Positions 61,580 through 64,000 of a DNA stretch of 64,000 bases are shown here, one piece after another. Location of the stretch: sequence record OP870144.1. One strand, given 5' to 3'. The stretch is from Escherichia phage vB_Eco_F25. The notes beneath the pieces are model-generated. The model made no database searches, was not told the DNA's origin, and saw only the letters and a program-made list of their open reading frames with translations. Every line of letters starts with the position of its first letter. Position 1 is the stretch's first letter. A program made the position numbers and the translations under genes.

Positions 61580-64000
<2,421 letters not shown>

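Overview
This window reads as a contiguous segment of a T4-like (T-even, Tequatrovirus-type) Escherichia phage genome. Identification rests on protein N-termini, motifs and lengths recalled from T4; no database search was run. Hand-derived coordinates for RNAs, promoters and terminators may be off by 1-2 nt. Positions 1-44136 are densely packed minus-strand early/middle genes: 46 (partial), 47, a-gt, 55, nrdH-like, nrdG, nrdD (no intron), 49, nrdC, rI, tk, regB, denV, e (lysozyme), nudE, 57B (Acb1), 57A, 1, 3, 2, 4, plus many small unnamed ORFs and a phage tRNA cluster (Arg, Ile, Ser, Pro, Gly, Leu, Gln and a truncated Thr). Positions 44184-64000 are plus-strand late morphogenesis genes in canonical T4 order: 53, 5, 5.1, 5.4 (PAAR), 6, 7, 8, 9, 10, 11, 12, wac, 13, 14, 15, 16 and the start of 17. 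The most interesting accessory content is: (i) four free-standing homing-endonuclease genes, one carrying a duplicated copy of the nrdG 5' end and one reading into tRNA-Arg; (ii) seven ORFs with an N-terminal capsid-targeting sequence, i.e. candidate packaged and injected proteins; (iii) a TARG1-like macrodomain, a GrcA-like glycyl-radical protein and a P-loop ATPase / nucleotidyltransferase pair; (iv) a tRNA-Thr lacking its anticodon arm. No CRISPR array, integrase or rRNA was seen.
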